A stretch of DNA of 63,936 nucleotides, the filler included, from Octopus bimaculoides (Eukaryota): the NCBI RefSeq assembly GCF_001194135.2. It is 6 parts of 5 records of this genome, joined end to end, with 100 filler letters (N's around TTAATTAATTAA, not from the genome) between each part and the next. Parts side by side here need not be neighbours in the genome. Positions count along the whole stretch, not along the records: positions 1 to 12,508 come from NC_068984.1; positions 12,609 to 26,232 come from NC_068992.1; 4 more parts are not named here. One strand, written 5' to 3'. Positions 1-14,030 of the stretch are shown here, in pieces (position 1 is the first letter of the stretch; each line of letters begins with the position of its first letter). The notes under the pieces are model-generated. The model ran no database searches and was not told the origin of the DNA. It saw only the letters and a program-made list of their open reading frames with translations. Position numbers and translations under genes: made by a program.

Positions 1-190
1 GAAATGCTTAGCGGTATTTCGTCTGCCGTTACGTTCTGAGTTGAAATTCCGCCGAGGTCGACTTTGCCTTTCATCCTTTCGGTGTCGACAAATTAAGTAC
101 CAGTTATTCACTGCAGTTGATGTAATCGATTTAATCCCTTTGTCTGTCCTTGGTTGTCCCCCTCTGTGTTTAGCCCCTTCTGGGCAATAA
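1..190 (+). mobile_element. tRNA-derived SINE, family A (5'-truncated by window edge)
   Basis: gcttagcggtatttcg...gttctgagttgaaattccgccgaggtcgactttgcctttcatcctttcgg..ataagtaccagtt; the same module recurs at 15842, 29420, 36010, 36768 and 37615; followed by (GATA)n. Confidence 0.85.
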
Positions 191-194
191 AGAT

Positions 195-195
<1 letters not shown>

Positions 196-263
<68 letters not shown>
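196..263 (+). repeat. (GATA)n microsatellite
   Basis: Directly visible tandem tetranucleotide. Confidence 0.97.
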
Positions 264-265
<2 letters not shown>

Positions 266-2104
266 GTGGTTAGACAGATAGATAGCTATAAGTCCGTCAG
301 ATAGATAGATTACAGGAATGATTTATGCAAACTTTCTGTATGACACGAGAGAATGGGGTGGGTGAATAAAATTGAGTCTTTTTCTTTGTATGTTTTTAAG
401 TCAGAACATGTAGGAATGAACATTTGTGTCTGCATATGATAGAATATTTCTACAAGAAATATATATTAAATCTTATCTGAGCAAGTGTTTGATTTCCTAT
501 ATTTCAATATCCACACATAAAACTGTCAATAAGGAAAAGTGCGACAAGTTTAAGAGGAAAGATTAGATAACGATGATAATAGAATTCCTAACTATTGATG
601 TTTTCGCCACAAATGTTACAAGACGCATTCTTTTGACCCAAGACTTTTCAACGAAAGTTATATATAGTTTGACAAAGATAGAAAAAGATAATTTAAATAC
701 TTTCCGACATTATCGAAATTTGACCAAGATCTATGCCAAAGGTCTCATCTCGTTTACGTTGTATTCACGGAAATTACATTTTGTATGACGTTTTTAATAT
801 TTTAAAATTTATTTTCAGGATCTTTTCTCTTTCTCTTTCGTTGTAATTTGTTTTTCTTTCGTTTATTTCTATTTTAATCTTCTCTGGCTTTGCTTTTCAA
901 TATTTGCTTTTATCTTTCTTTTCCTTGTCATATTTATATATTTTTGTATTTTGTTCTTAGATTATTTGATTATTCCTTTCACTTATGTCCGATTCTGTAT
1001 TTCTTCACATTTTGAGTGTCTTCCTCTTTCCCCTTCACTGACGTTTAGCAGTTTTGTTGATACAAGTAATTCATCAAAATATATAATAGAACAGCATAGG
1101 TTGTGATTAGACATTTCTTTCCTTTGTCTATTCTACTTCACCAATCATGAACCACAGTTCACATATTTTACGCGATCATTTGCACAAGCAAATGACCAAT
1201 GATGCAGTAAATATCTGCTATTGAGTCACACCCATCAAACTCTTTTAGACATAAAGACCTTCGCGACTCTCATTAAATGAATTTTCTCTGTTTCCCATAA
1301 ATTATAATTGCATTACCAAACTGTAGAAACCACATAACAAAGAGTCTGTCAGATGATTGTAGCACCTTACAAAATAGGGGCGGGGGGTAATTTAGACATT
1401 GAACGGAACTGAAATTAAGTAAATAATACGTTTCATAAGAGACAAAAGTCATGTTTATCATGTAAACCAGAAAACTTTAAAGGCTTCGTATATCATAGAG
1501 AAACTAATGTTAAAATAGTATTCAGAAATTTTCTTTCAATTTCTGTCTCTTTTTCTCTCTCTCCTCTCAATAAATTTAGAATCATATGCGCCACTGTGTG
1601 TATTTGTGTGTTAGCGTGTGTGTCTGCATGTGTGTTTCTCTGTGTCGTTCTGTGTTTCTCTGTACGTGTGTCTGTCGCTGTGAATACGTATGATGGTAAA
1701 TATGGTTATTTTGTCGTACCTAAGTCTTTCATACGACTGATTTTACAGTCAACCGTAATAACCTTTGAATCAAAAATAGCGATAAATAAATAGTTATATG
1801 TAAGTTTTGAATGTTTTCTTCTTTGAAACGGTCATGTGGCAATGAAGTATTCATTTTCTCATGTATCAGGAATTGCTCTGGTTAATTTTTGAATTTTTCT
1901 ATACGTCGATATATTGGGATAAGTTCGGATTTATTAATCAGAATTGGAGTTTTTCAGGTATTTCCTCATACGTTAGACATATTTTTTGAGACTGCTCGAG
2001 TCCTGGACACATATATTCATACGTACATACATGCATATACACATACATACCTACCTACCTACATACATACATACATACATACATAATACATACATATATA
2101 ATAG

Positions 2105-4330
2105 ACGGTACCGTCAACATCAGACTTGCAGGTGTAGATGGCCGTTTAAAACTTCTTTTTGAACATTTTCGTCTACATCTATTTCGACTCCTCCAGTCTA
2201 AATTAGTAATTGGTTTATTTATCCCATCATAATTATGTGAAACCCCATTTATTTACGAACTTAGAACTATTCATACCAGATTTTTTAAAATATACCTTAC
2301 GCCACGCGGAATTTGCTAATACGATCATGGCTAAAATTAATAACATCACGATAGAAAACACCTCTACTTCGATATTATGAAAAGCCCACGAAGATCGTTC
2401 TATCGGATATATGAAGTAATTCAAAAAATTACTCACCCCAACTTAAGCACTTCTACTGCGAAACAACTTTAGTAACAAGTATTTTTCTTTAACAGAAATG
2501 CGTTCCTCTCGTAATGTAAATCGATCGTTTGAAGACACTGGGAATTGAAATTGGCCAAAACCAACCAGATGAGAGATCGAAAATTAATGTTAACAAACTG
2601 CTGCCACCATCACTAAATGCTCATGTTCCTCCAAATGTAGCAGACTCAACAATGACAACTATGGAATATATTTAAGTTGAAAACATCCTGAAACCACAGT
2701 TCGTAGAACATTCTTCTACTTTCACGAAACCGTCGTTAAGCGACAGGCTATTCTTAACAAGATTAAGAAAATAATCCAACAGCTTTAAAGTGTAAGTTAT
2801 CGACGATGTCGCTAGAGAGCACATGGTATCATGCGATGTTAGTTACTGGAATATGCACAGCTGCTATCACTCTTAAAGAACATCAGGGAAAAATATACAG
2901 GATACATGGTAATGAAACTATTGGACGGAAGTACCTTTGGTGGAAATCAAAGCATGAAAACTTTGTGCTGCCATATTGGATGGTTAACCAAGAGAATAAT
3001 ATGTACGAGGAATAATGAGTTTACACCTCATCAATAACATCTTAGGAATAAATTAACAAAACTCTATAGTAGCTCAGGGCGTTCAAAAAGAATCTTCGCT
3101 ACCGCCACAAAATTTGCTTCTAACCCACAGAAAAATGGGATCTCAAACTTAATGCGCCGTGGCTAAATGCAGTAAGGACAGAATACTGTATCAATATCAA
3201 CAGTAAAAAATATACAACAAGCCGGATATTTCAACCGCAGCTGTAGATAATATATCTATATATATACACTGAGAAGCACTATGGAAGGTCAGATAACATA
3301 CTAAATTGGAAAATCTTGTAGCCAAGTAGCCAAGGAGTTGCCTGAAAACTAAAGGTGCATTTCTAGCCTAAACAAACTCTACAGGAGCTGACTTAGCCAA
3401 TTCTTCGAAGATCTTTGTGAGTTCAACACATACTGACTAATGAAGAGAATGGTGGAAGGAAGAAAGTGTAGGGATGTGCTGGACAGCTGTTCATAAACAA
3501 AGCTGTATTGTTTGAAGTAAAAAAAAAATGAAAGAAACATTGTAGGAGACTTACAACAATATAGTTTGATTATAGGAAGGTTTTCACTCTATTCCCCACT
3601 CAGAGCTGCTGAAATGTCTCCACTTAGCAAAAGTGCCTGCTATCTTAAATGCCGCCACTGAAGGTTTCACAAAGATCTAGGCAACAATTCTTACACGTAG
3701 AACTGAGATTGGAATGGTATACATATTTAAAAGGGAATATTCCAAGGAGATATCATTTCTGTAATTTTCTTCATTTTGGCAATACATCCGTTGTCAGTCC
3801 TGCTACAAATATCAAATGGCTATATGCTAGGGTCTTCAACTGCTAAGGATATTAATGTAACCCATAATTTCTTTGTGGATGACCCCAAGATGTATGATAA
3901 ACATGTTAACAATGCCAAAAAAAAAAAGGAATTGATTACAATATTTTCACCTGACATAGGAATGGAGTTAGGCCAAAAGAAATGTTCATACCTGATAGTT
4001 AAACGGGGGAAATTGGTATCCCAGACCCAATCCCTGTGCATCAATAGTCTCATTATCTTTCCTGTCAAAATTAAAGAAAGAATGATACAAGTACCGAGAC
4101 ATTGATGAAAACATATCAAAGACAAAGAGGATAACTACGGGTAACTACTACGAAATTTCCAGTTTCTATATCAAGATTCCAAATTTACATTTATATCAAA
4201 AATAATTGATGTACTTGGTTTTGTGAGTAAACGTCTAACTGACAACCTGAATATTCAGAAAAAGCAAGAAGCCAACTAACTTGCACGTTACAAATATAAT
4301 CTCTAAATGGAACAGTAAAAATATGCAAGA
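2105..4330 (+). mobile_element. Decayed R4/Dong-like (RLE-type) non-LTR retrotransposon, RT region
   Basis: Manual translation with stops/frameshifts: NAPWLNAVRTEYCIN (~3150), GQLFINKAVLFEV...FDYRKVF (~3480-3590), and ORF 3776-4105 THNFFVDDPKMY...FSPDIGMELGQKKC. These match RT motifs (F/YxDD; DIGMEFGxxKC) typical of R4/Dong/NeSL-type RTs. No RLE tail seen. Confidence 0.8.
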
Positions 4331-4491
4331 ATTTCCTCAAGTTAAAATTTTACAGTTTTCGCTATTTACATTCTAACGATGGAGCTTTGTATCTTTGTTA
4401 GAAAACTTCAGAGGAAGAAATTCAATAATTAAAAACAGAAGAGAGCATATATATACACACGCCGCACGAACACACACCGCGCACGCACACA

Positions 4492-4532
<41 letters not shown>

Positions 4533-4967
4533 TTACACATATACATTCACCCATACACACACACACATATGTCCGCGCACGTGTGTGTGTTTGTGTGCAA
4601 TATCTCTCTCGCCGAAGGTAATTTTAATATATTCAATGTATTCAGAATATAAATCACTCGTGTTACACAGTTATCTATAGTCTTATAGTCGTTTTCTCCT
4701 TGATTCTTTAATCATGCAAACTGCTCTTCGTTTATGAATATCTTCCAGTTTGTGTTATCCTACTGAGACACAAACATGTGTTAGAGTTGTGCTTGTGATC
4801 CTCCATCCCTAAAAGAGATCAAATTTTAATATATTTCAGTTTCCTTTATTGTTATTAAGTGAAAAATTTTGTTACCATCTGGTATTTCCTAACGATAGTT
4901 TTTCAATGTAAAATTATTCTTAATTATTAAGATTTGTTTCAAACTCTGCTGTTTACCTCTAATCATT

Positions 4968-5065
4968 TTGTGGTCGATAAAATAAGTACCAGTTGAGCAC
5001 TAAGATCAATGTAATCGACTTACTCCCTCCCCCGAAACTGCTGGCCTTGGGACAAAATCTGAAGC
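4968..5065 (+). mobile_element. SINE family A, 3' half
   Basis: gtcgataaaataagtaccagttgagcact...atcgacttactccctcccccgaaactgctggccttg matches the 3' part of the 15842 copy. Confidence 0.75.
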
Positions 5066-5269
5066 CGATTTCTAGTATTTGCCTACCTTTCTAATTTAGA
5101 ATCCCAAACTTTCCGCAACTTTCAACAAGTAAAGCTTTTATTGTCTGCAGCATTCATTACATCTATAATGATTTTGCCATACACATTTACACACACACGC
5201 AAACACACACATATACACACACACTCATGAAAACACACACACACATTTATATATTTATATAGGCACTTA

Positions 5270-5385
5270 CCTAGCTGTGTGGTAAGAAGAATGCGTGGCA
5301 CCGTCTTCTATTATAGCCTCGAGTCGATGAAAGCCTAGTGAATAGATTTGGTAGACAGAAAGAGAAAGAAACCTGTCGTATGTGT

Positions 5386-5432
<47 letters not shown>

Positions 5433-5540
5433 TGTGTATAAGTGTGTGTGTGTATATATAGGTGTGTGTGTGAGGGTGCACGCGTGCATGAAAGCGATTG
5501 AGCAGACTCGATTGAACGTCATATAGACTGCTTTACGTCA
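5270..5540 (+). mobile_element. CORE-like SINE family B, internally deleted, with (TG)n
   Basis: gctgtgtggtaag...gcgtggcacc..gtcttctattatagcctcg...gatttggtagac..gaaagaaacctgtcgtat followed by (TG)n. Confidence 0.75.
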
Positions 5541-5816
5541 AATCCCTCGAAGTAATCATTACCTCTGATCCACCGGACGTCCAGAAATAAAATACTACTC
5601 AATTGAAGTAACTAGTAAGGTAGTTGTTTGTTCCTGCTGTTAACCTTGTAACAATAACATCAGCAATAATAATAGCATTTACATGCACGAAGTGGTGCTG
5701 GAAAGTTCCTATCTTTGAGTAAATGAAAATACAGGAGGATCAGTTCCTTATGATTTCATTCTCAGATTCACACACTTATTGCAGCAGTCCTTTAGATCTT
5801 CTAAGTCCTGTAAAAG

Positions 5817-5888
5817 AACTCGAAATGTTGGGCCTCCAACCAAAGATTTCGCGATACCCTTAATACCAAGGAGTTTTTAGCATCTCCT
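5817..5888 (+). repeat. 72-bp direct repeat, copy 1 (copy 2 at 6798-6869)
   Basis: First 41 bp identical between copies (aactcgaaatgttgggcctccaaccaaagatttcgcgatac); 5 mismatches in the next 31 bp. Confidence 0.95.
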
Positions 5889-6075
5889 TGTATATGCGTT
5901 GCCTTTCCCTTTGGACAGCATCGGTGCCATAGAGAAGGGGCTTTTAACTGCATGGATAACTAATGCTCCAGTATGAAATCTTTTCTCCAGATCTGTGCTT
6001 GGACAGAAAAAATTATCTGTGTGTAGATATTCATTCAACAAGTATAGTAAATAGCAAAGCCAATTATATATGTGT

Positions 6076-6118
<43 letters not shown>

Positions 6119-6562
6119 CGTGCGTGCGTATGTAAATACATTTCAGTATGTTTACATACATATGTATGTGTTCATTTATAGTTATGTTCTGTGGGTATAT
6201 TTGCGTGTTTCAGTGTCTTTGCCTATATAGTTGAGTTAATCTCCATAAATCTTTATATGTGTGAGTGTATGTAAAAGATAGAGAAGACAGAGCAAACGAA
6301 ACTATGCTCATCAGACATGTGAGAACGCTACACAACCGAAATACGTTTTAATCCGAGAGAATATATTTTATTTAGTTTTGAATGAAGTCTTATAAGTTTG
6401 AGTCTGTTTCTCTTTGTATTCACAGACATCTTCTGCAGTAAGAATCTCACTTCTAAAGATGTCTGCGAATACACAGGGAAACAGTTTGCTACTTATGTGC
6501 TTGAAAGGTTTGAGTTAGAATCACACACGTACACAGGCTCCTAACCCTATCAATTCTCCCCC

Positions 6563-6616
<54 letters not shown>

Positions 6617-6656
6617 CTATATGTATATATAAATAATATATATATGCATGTATGTC

Positions 6657-6800
6657 GCAGGAGTGGCCATGTGGTAAGTAGCTTGCTTACCAACCACATA
6701 GTTACGGGTTCAGTCCCACTGCGTGGCACCTTGGCCAAGTGTCTTCTACTATAGCCTCGGGTCGACCAAAACCTAGTGAGTGGATTTGGTAGATGGAAAC
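6657..6800 (+). mobile_element. CORE-like SINE family B, 5' head (3'-truncated)
   Basis: A-box-like gtggccatgtggtaag, B-box-like gggttcagtccc, then ggcaccttggccaagtgtc, which resembles the MIR/CORE domain (tgaccttgggcaagt); similar to octopus OR1/OR2-type SINEs from memory. Confidence 0.85.
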
Positions 6801-6869
6801 TCGAAATGTTGGGCCTCCAACCAAAGATTTCGCGATACTCTTAAAGCCAAGGAGTTTTCAGTATCTCCT
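6798..6869 (+). repeat. 72-bp direct repeat, copy 2, fused to truncated SINE
   Basis: See 5817-5888; the junction uses the shared aact. Confidence 0.95.
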
Positions 6870-7559
6870 CCTATATAATCGAGTCAAAGAAGGAATTATA
6901 AACTGTCGTCTGAACCGCTAAAATAGCAATTAGGTCTTAATCAAGACAGAATACATTAATTGATGTATTCATAGATGATTATTAAAATTGGATGCGACGG
7001 CGGGTATGCATTTGTCCAAAGTGTTGACTTAAAGTAAAACGGTTATTCAACTTTTTTACAGCTACAAAACTTATTTATTATTGGCATTTAACATTTTGAA
7101 CCAAAGAAACACGAAAATATTTTGTCGAGTTGACCACTGCAGTATTGGAACTCGTAACAAAAACGGACGAAATAAAATGATACAAGGTGTTAGAATATCG
7201 TTTCTTCCTATTCACAGCTTCTCTAAATACAAGGTATTGATCTTCGGCCATAAGCTAAAGAGGATTATGGATTTCGTAATGATATGGCTTGCCAAACAAA
7301 CCAAGATTTAATAACAATTGCGTCTATCAATGTAATCCCCTAATATATCGCTGTCATTCACTATTTTAATTAGTTTCATCGATCAACGATATATAATTAA
7401 ATATTTTCTTTGTTTCATTTTGTTTTTCGTCATTTGTTCTTTTTATTCACGACAGAAACGAAATTTAAATTGAATCAGAAAGATTTAATTAGGAGCCAAT
7501 TTATTAACAAGTATTATTCTCAAAATGACCCAATTGAATCGTCATTTTCAAAAACAGTC

Positions 7560-10500
7560 TATAATAACAAATATAAAACCGAATGATTTAGTAATGCGAA
7601 TTCAGGAAAATTTCTCCAGATCATTTAGTTCCTGAAATATAAGCGGTATGCAAAAATACAATAACGTTTCCTTTTCTCTTATGTCTTCTTGTAAAGTATA
7701 TTGAAGCATTATCTTTTAAATATATGGTAGAGCGTTTCCTCCCTACCTCTCTCATAATAAACATATGGGTTCTTCAGTAGAATGGTGTAAATAAAATCTT
7801 TTAATTTCGAAACTTCACCGAAGACTTGGTCACTATGAAATGTGTCTTGGGAATGCTAACTTGGTAGAGGCCATCCCTCTCAAAAATATTGTAATAGAAG
7901 GAAATTAGTCGGGCAATTCAATTGAATGCAACGTTTTTCTCATGTGACATCTATACATCAATTTCGCGAAGGATAAATATCTTATTGATATATCCAAAGT
8001 TAGTTACAGTTAACATTTCAACTAATCATTACGTACTCTATCAACTCAGGAATGTGAACTTATGTACAATATTATCAAAGATATTAATGGTTTATAATTT
8101 ACACTATTGGAACGTCACATCTAAGATCCTCTCGAGCTGACTCCAAGGTCATGATTTAAATCTCGATTCTATCTCATTTCGTGTATATTACTAATTTCCT
8201 TTCAAAAATTATCAATATTTCACTGTCGAATGTTCAATTATCTTGTTCATATTTAACTTAGTGCTTGCAACTATGCTAAAAATCAATAAGGTTTTCTTCA
8301 TTAGACATTAAGATTAAATTTTACTCGAGATTCAGTACTGAGAAATACAGAATGCATCTGTCATACAGTACACCAATTTATTAGTATAATAAATAAATAA
8401 AAAATGTCTCATCAAGAGATATCGCATAAGGTATTGGATTGTCTTGTAGAAAAATCTAGCAATGTAATGCAATAATTAATTATCGTTGCACTCTTTCAAT
8501 ATAAAAGATAGGACACTGCGGAATTTTCAGTCCCTGTCTTGAGGTACAACATATCTTAAGAGTTCCCACATCAAAAAATGTACCTAGACCAGCCGTATAT
8601 TGTATTTAGATCCTATTAAACGTTAATATTTTAACACCCACATTATGCATGTTATTAAAATGTATCAGAGAAGTGATATATTCTTCTATCCTTTTAAAGG
8701 TATTTCTATTGCTTCTGAGAATCTAGCAACCCATCCTAGGTGTTAGAGCTCATAAGGTACAAAAAATCGATTGCATTATGCTTGGTCACATGGACAATTA
8801 TATTTTATCCTACATAAGGTCCACATAAAACAGGTGTAAACTACATCTACGGTTTGTCTATTCTTTTTTTCTTACAACTCCCAAACTGAAATAGGCATTG
8901 GTGTAGAGTTTCATTATTTTCTGAACAACTCGTCAGAGTGAACCAAAAGTTACAATAAATCAAGTTGCGGCAAATAGCACTCTAAACTTATAAAGTCTTC
9001 GAATTAGCTTCGAAATGTTTCAGATTAAACACGTTACCTCTTCTATGATAGTGAAGAATCATACCTAGATCACATTCTTAAAATATACCTGAGCTGAATA
9101 TTGCAGAGTAATGAGAAATCAAGTTGCGACAGCCCCCTATTTGAGTTGAAATAGACCACCATAACAGTATTTCTTGATGTACATTTCATTATATTCACCT
9201 CTCTTTCAAAGGCGTTCGTTAGCTCAACAGCAACTTGATAAGGAGGTATATCTGCTTTGTGAACTTCCCTGTTTGACTCTAGAACTCGTATCTATGGTAT
9301 CTCTTCCTGACATGAATCCATACTGATTCTCTGGGACAAAGACGGAAAATATGTGTTTCTATAAGTGATTTAATAAATGCCTGGTGACTGTATTAACAAC
9401 CGTTACAAGTAGAGAGATAAAACGACAATTTCTACAGTTTGATTGAACATATCTCATTTTAAAAACTGATATCAATACTGAATTAAAATGGGCATCCCTC
9501 TAGTTTTGTGGACAAAGCCTTCCACGTGTTGACAATCAATGACCTCACAAATCGTCCCTTACATTTTCATTATGATTAATTACCTGAACTAGTATACCAT
9601 TAATTCCTGGCTATTTACTGAGTTCATCTGTTTAATGGAAATGTTGACATCTTCTGAGGTCAGATATTAACCATTATTTCAATAACATGGTGTGATGCAA
9701 GGCGGTCTATAACACTGTCATCCATTGAAGATGAATTATGGCAATGATCTGTGAAATATCTATCCATCACTTCAGAGTAGCTTTAGTGACACTGATTAAA
9801 GTGAATCCATGTTTGGAACGAGGAGTAGCAGTGGTTGTTCAATGAGAACCAAATATCTTTTTTACAAGATATAACATACATTCGGGATCTTTTTGTGAAA
9901 AGCCATTTGAATATATGTGGATATTATATGCTCAACCAACGTATGTGTTTTATGATACCTCTCTTAGAAAGGCAACTTTATACCGCTTGAAGAATTTCTG
10001 TCTTCGAGCGTTACTTTCTAAACTAATTTATGTTTCTATATGTCTGAGGTATTTTCATTCAACCGATTTTTGTGTTGGAGGGGCATGAAACCAAAACTTT
10101 TAGCAGAAATCCCAAAAGGTTTGTCTTTCAAGTCTGTCTTTCAGGTGAGCACATTGCAAGAGCTTTGAGAAAAGACGTGGATACGACAAGCTCTCGGAGC
10201 TTGTCATTATTCAACCGTTTCCGTAGCCTCAATTATTTCGTGAAAAGTTTTTTTTCTAATAACCAGTCCCAGTTTCCTTGCACACATTACTGGTCAACAA
10301 GTAGCTTCATACACGGTTTAAATGCCACAGGTATCACAAATATCATGTTTACGTATAAAAACGAAGTCAATTAGATAAGTTTTTATTTTCTTTGTTACCA
10401 CTGATGCTTCAAATTGTGTTTATGCTTAAATTTCTGATGGAAGAGTGATTATCTATTACGAGCTCCAGTTCAGAACATGTTTCGAAAAGGTGAAGACTAC

Positions 10501-11345
10501 TGTTTTGCCCATGACACAGAGTCTAAAGCAAGAAGACGTTATCAGGTCATGCATTTTCTGCAATTAAAGTCATCAGGTAAGATGATTTTGTCGCCAGTTG
10601 TAAGTGTAGCATTTCTAAGATTCAGGTAGAAAACCCTTAAAGATTCTTCTCTTGCGTGAAGAAATATTGCATACACAGCGAAGGAAGTTTCATGACAGCT
10701 GCAAGAAAGCATTAGCTAAGATTCATGATACAGCCACATTGGATGACAATTTATCCAGCGTATCAGCTAAGTTCCTCAAGATGGGAAAGTCAATACACTC
10801 TCTTGTTTTTCACCACCCATATTACCAATCGAAAATAACCCACAGCTAGGCCTCACTTCAATTAACAGAATTTCTTCTGACATTCATCTCTCAGAAAGGG
10901 GTATCAAAATTAATTTTGAATTGGTTACGTTATGCTACAAAGAGCAGTACTCTGCTCATGCTTATTAGATATTCTAACATTATCCAGAGTATTAACATAC
11001 CAGCAATAGAGCTACAGATATTTTGTTTTCACGTTTTTCGATCTCGCTGACTGGAACAGCAGTCAGGAACGGTAAATATATCAGATTCAGGGACAGGCAA
11101 ACTTTGTGTGACATTTCCTAGTCTGTTTTCAGAAGATTAGTTAAGCAGTGTTCTCTTTAAATAACACTGCTCAAACTCAGAGGTTCCACTCATTTCTTTA
11201 ACTGCCAAGGTATACGAAAACGATGCTCACTTTAACTCCCTAACTCGTGATGTACAGATCTGTAACACTATGATTCAATTTCGGCAAGCCTACATATTTC
11301 GCTAGGCACCAATCACCAGGGATTTTCAAACACCACACTGGGTAA
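7560..11345 (-). mobile_element. Near-full-length, heavily decayed RTE-clade LINE (APE + RT)
   Basis: Minus-strand manual translation gives ordered remnants: ...CWYVNTLD (ORF start ~11040), APE motif KIILPDDFNCR (~10560; cf. LLGDFNAR), PGINGI (~9605), NCRFISLL (~9420), PENQYGFMSGRDTID (~9310) and a C-terminal LQEDIREKETLL-like motif (~7690). Many stops and frameshifts. Confidence 0.85.
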
Positions 11346-11534
11346 TACTGAATTTTTGTATTACAAAATACAATGGTATTGAATAGTACTTGTTATAAAA
11401 ACCATAATACGATATGTTATTTGAAAAGACTTGTATTTAGTAGAGATTATAACGACAGAAGATGGTACAACATGAATATCACGTTTTGTCCTCTGGCAGA
11501 AACGATCTACACATGCCATACCTATATACATTAG

Positions 11535-11567
<33 letters not shown>

Positions 11568-12552
11568 GTATGTATATATANNNNNNNNNNNNNNNNNNNN
11601 NNNNNNNNNNNNNNNNNNNNNNNNNNNNNNNNNNNNNNNNNNNNNNNNNNNNNNNNNNNNNNNNNNNNNNNNNNNNNNNNNNNNNNNNNNNNNNNNNNNN
11701 NNNNNNNNNNNNNNNNNNNNNNNNNNNNNNNNNNNNNNNNNNNNNNNNNNNNNNNNNNNNNNNNNNNNNNNNNNNNNNNNNNNNNNNNNNNNNNNNNNNN
11801 NNNNNNNNNNNNNNNTATATATATATATATATATACTTTTGTTATTTACACCACCTGTCCTCGTCTGTTGTTATTTTTTGTATATTCTCCCATATATATA
11901 TATATATACACACGCACATATACCCACATATGGTTCTTCACATATACATGTAATATAAATTGATGCATGCTCATCAAAAGATTCAATTTAATGCATTACA
12001 AATACAGTAGGTCTGAATTAATATCCGCATACATTGAGATATATTCTCACTTACATGGTCATATATAAACAGGCAGCCAATTAACAAGATTATATGTACA
12101 TACTTTCATATACGGCTGTGAAGTGAAATAGCTGTCTGTCTTATTAACATGACAACAAGTGAGACAAATAAAGATATTTTCATACTAAATGAATTCGATA
12201 TCGAAATGTCGAGAGAGTTAAATTCATTTACTCTTTTTTCAATATTTAGCTTCGTTTATAACATTGAAATACATTCAGAGCGCTAGTATGTGATTGTCTA
12301 TATAATTAAATAACTGCGATAGAATAAGCGGGACAATTTGCTTTCAGTAGTATGATTTGACTCACGGCAACATTCCCGATTGAATTAAACAGCACTAGGT
12401 ATGTTGTTTGCACGTGAAATTGGTGTAGGACCAAAGTAGACAATGTATATATATATGTATGTATGTATATATGTACGCATGTATATATATATATATATAT
12501 ATATATATNNNNNNNNNNNNNNNNNNNNNNNNNNNNNNNNNNNNNNNNNNNN

Positions 12553-12564
12553 TTAATTAATTAA
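12553..12564. other. Assembly linker TTAATTAATTAA in a 100-bp gap block
   Basis: 44 N + 12-mer + 44 N = 100 bp; the identical layout occurs five times; the 12-mer has stops in all six frames. Confidence 0.92.
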
Positions 12565-12608
12565 NNNNNNNNNNNNNNNNNNNNNNNNNNNNNNNNNNNN
12601 NNNNNNNN

Positions 12609-12863
12609 TTTATATATATGTATATATGTATATATGTACATATATATGTATATATATGTGTGTGTGTGTGTGTATGTGTGTATGATTGTACGTATGTATA
12701 TATGAACACATAAGTATATATACTTACATTCATATCCGTAATATATATATTTACTCAAATGTACATACATATATATCTGCGTGTATTTATGCTCATATAT
12801 ATGCATATATACGTATGTATATGTGTATATTTATATGTATATATTTGTCTGTANNNNNNNNNN

Positions 12864-12903
<40 letters not shown>

Positions 12904-12960
12904 TATGTATAAATGTGTGTGTGTGTGTGTGTGTACTTATATGCATGTATGTATATCATA
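12609..12960. repeat. Degenerate (TA)/(TG)/(TATG) microsatellite field
   Basis: Directly visible; source of the Y/I/C/V-rich pseudo-ORFs. Confidence 0.95.
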
Positions 12961-13349
12961 TCGATTCCAGTTGAAACTGATACCCACCGAATATTTCCTT
13001 GATATAAAAATTTTATATTGGGAAAGAAAACTTGATAGGACAATTTGTCATTATTCGACATATTTCTAAGTGATGTTTTGCATGTTGGAATGATATCAGC
13101 TTTGTTTCTTTTAGTGTGAGTAAAGGCACTCACTAATTCATTTTGCGTAGTTATTTACGCAACTCTCTATGGAAGTAGATATGTTTATATAAAGAGACAC
13201 ATGCATAATCAATAGAAGGCTACGTTTGAGAAATGTTCACCGTTGTAACAAATTAAGACAGTGATTGATATCATCATCTCTGTCTGAATTCATTTTAGCG
13301 CAGAGCGTGGAAGACAGTTTGATTACTAAGAATTTGAGCCGTCTGATAC

Positions 13350-13573
13350 TTACACAGACACACATAGCCACACAAACCCACGTATACACACACATACACA
13401 CACACACACATGCACACACACACACACATACACACGTGTTTGTGTGAGGGTGTATATATACATATATATTTGTGTGTATGCGACTACAGATAGATAATTG
13501 TGAGTGTATCTTCATACATATTTGCGAATAGGCTCAAATATAATTAAACATATATATATGCACACAGATACTT

Positions 13574-13643
<70 letters not shown>

Positions 13644-14030
13644 GTATGTATGTATATACATACTTACATATATAAACACACATACATATAAATATATATT
13701 TATATATATGCATACACATATAGACATACATTCATCTTTTATATGTGTATTTACGTGTATATACAGACCATACACACGCGCACGTACACACATACGTTTA
13801 TTTTTGTATTCGTTCACTAATTTGTGCATCTAGTTGTCAATGGGTTCGTTCGACGCCATGAATCTTTGTGTTCATACATAAGTGCACGCGTACAACTATA
13901 TATGCTTGTGTGTTTGTATTTGTATATGTAAATATATATATGTGTGTGTGTCTATATATATATATAAATAGATAGATAGATAGATAGATAGATGCTTGTT
14001 CGTGTGTATGTATGTATGTATGTGTGGGAA
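13350..14030. repeat. Compound (CA)n/(TA)n/(GATA)n microsatellite field
   Basis: Directly visible. Confidence 0.93.

Noticed and set aside
6657-6735. tRNA-like A/B boxes here and in other copies
   Set aside because: They continue into SINE bodies; no acceptor stem or intact cloverleaf, so not tRNA genes.
10072-10849. Plus-strand ORFs 10072-10374 and 10652-10849
   Set aside because: Antisense shadows of the minus-strand RTE.
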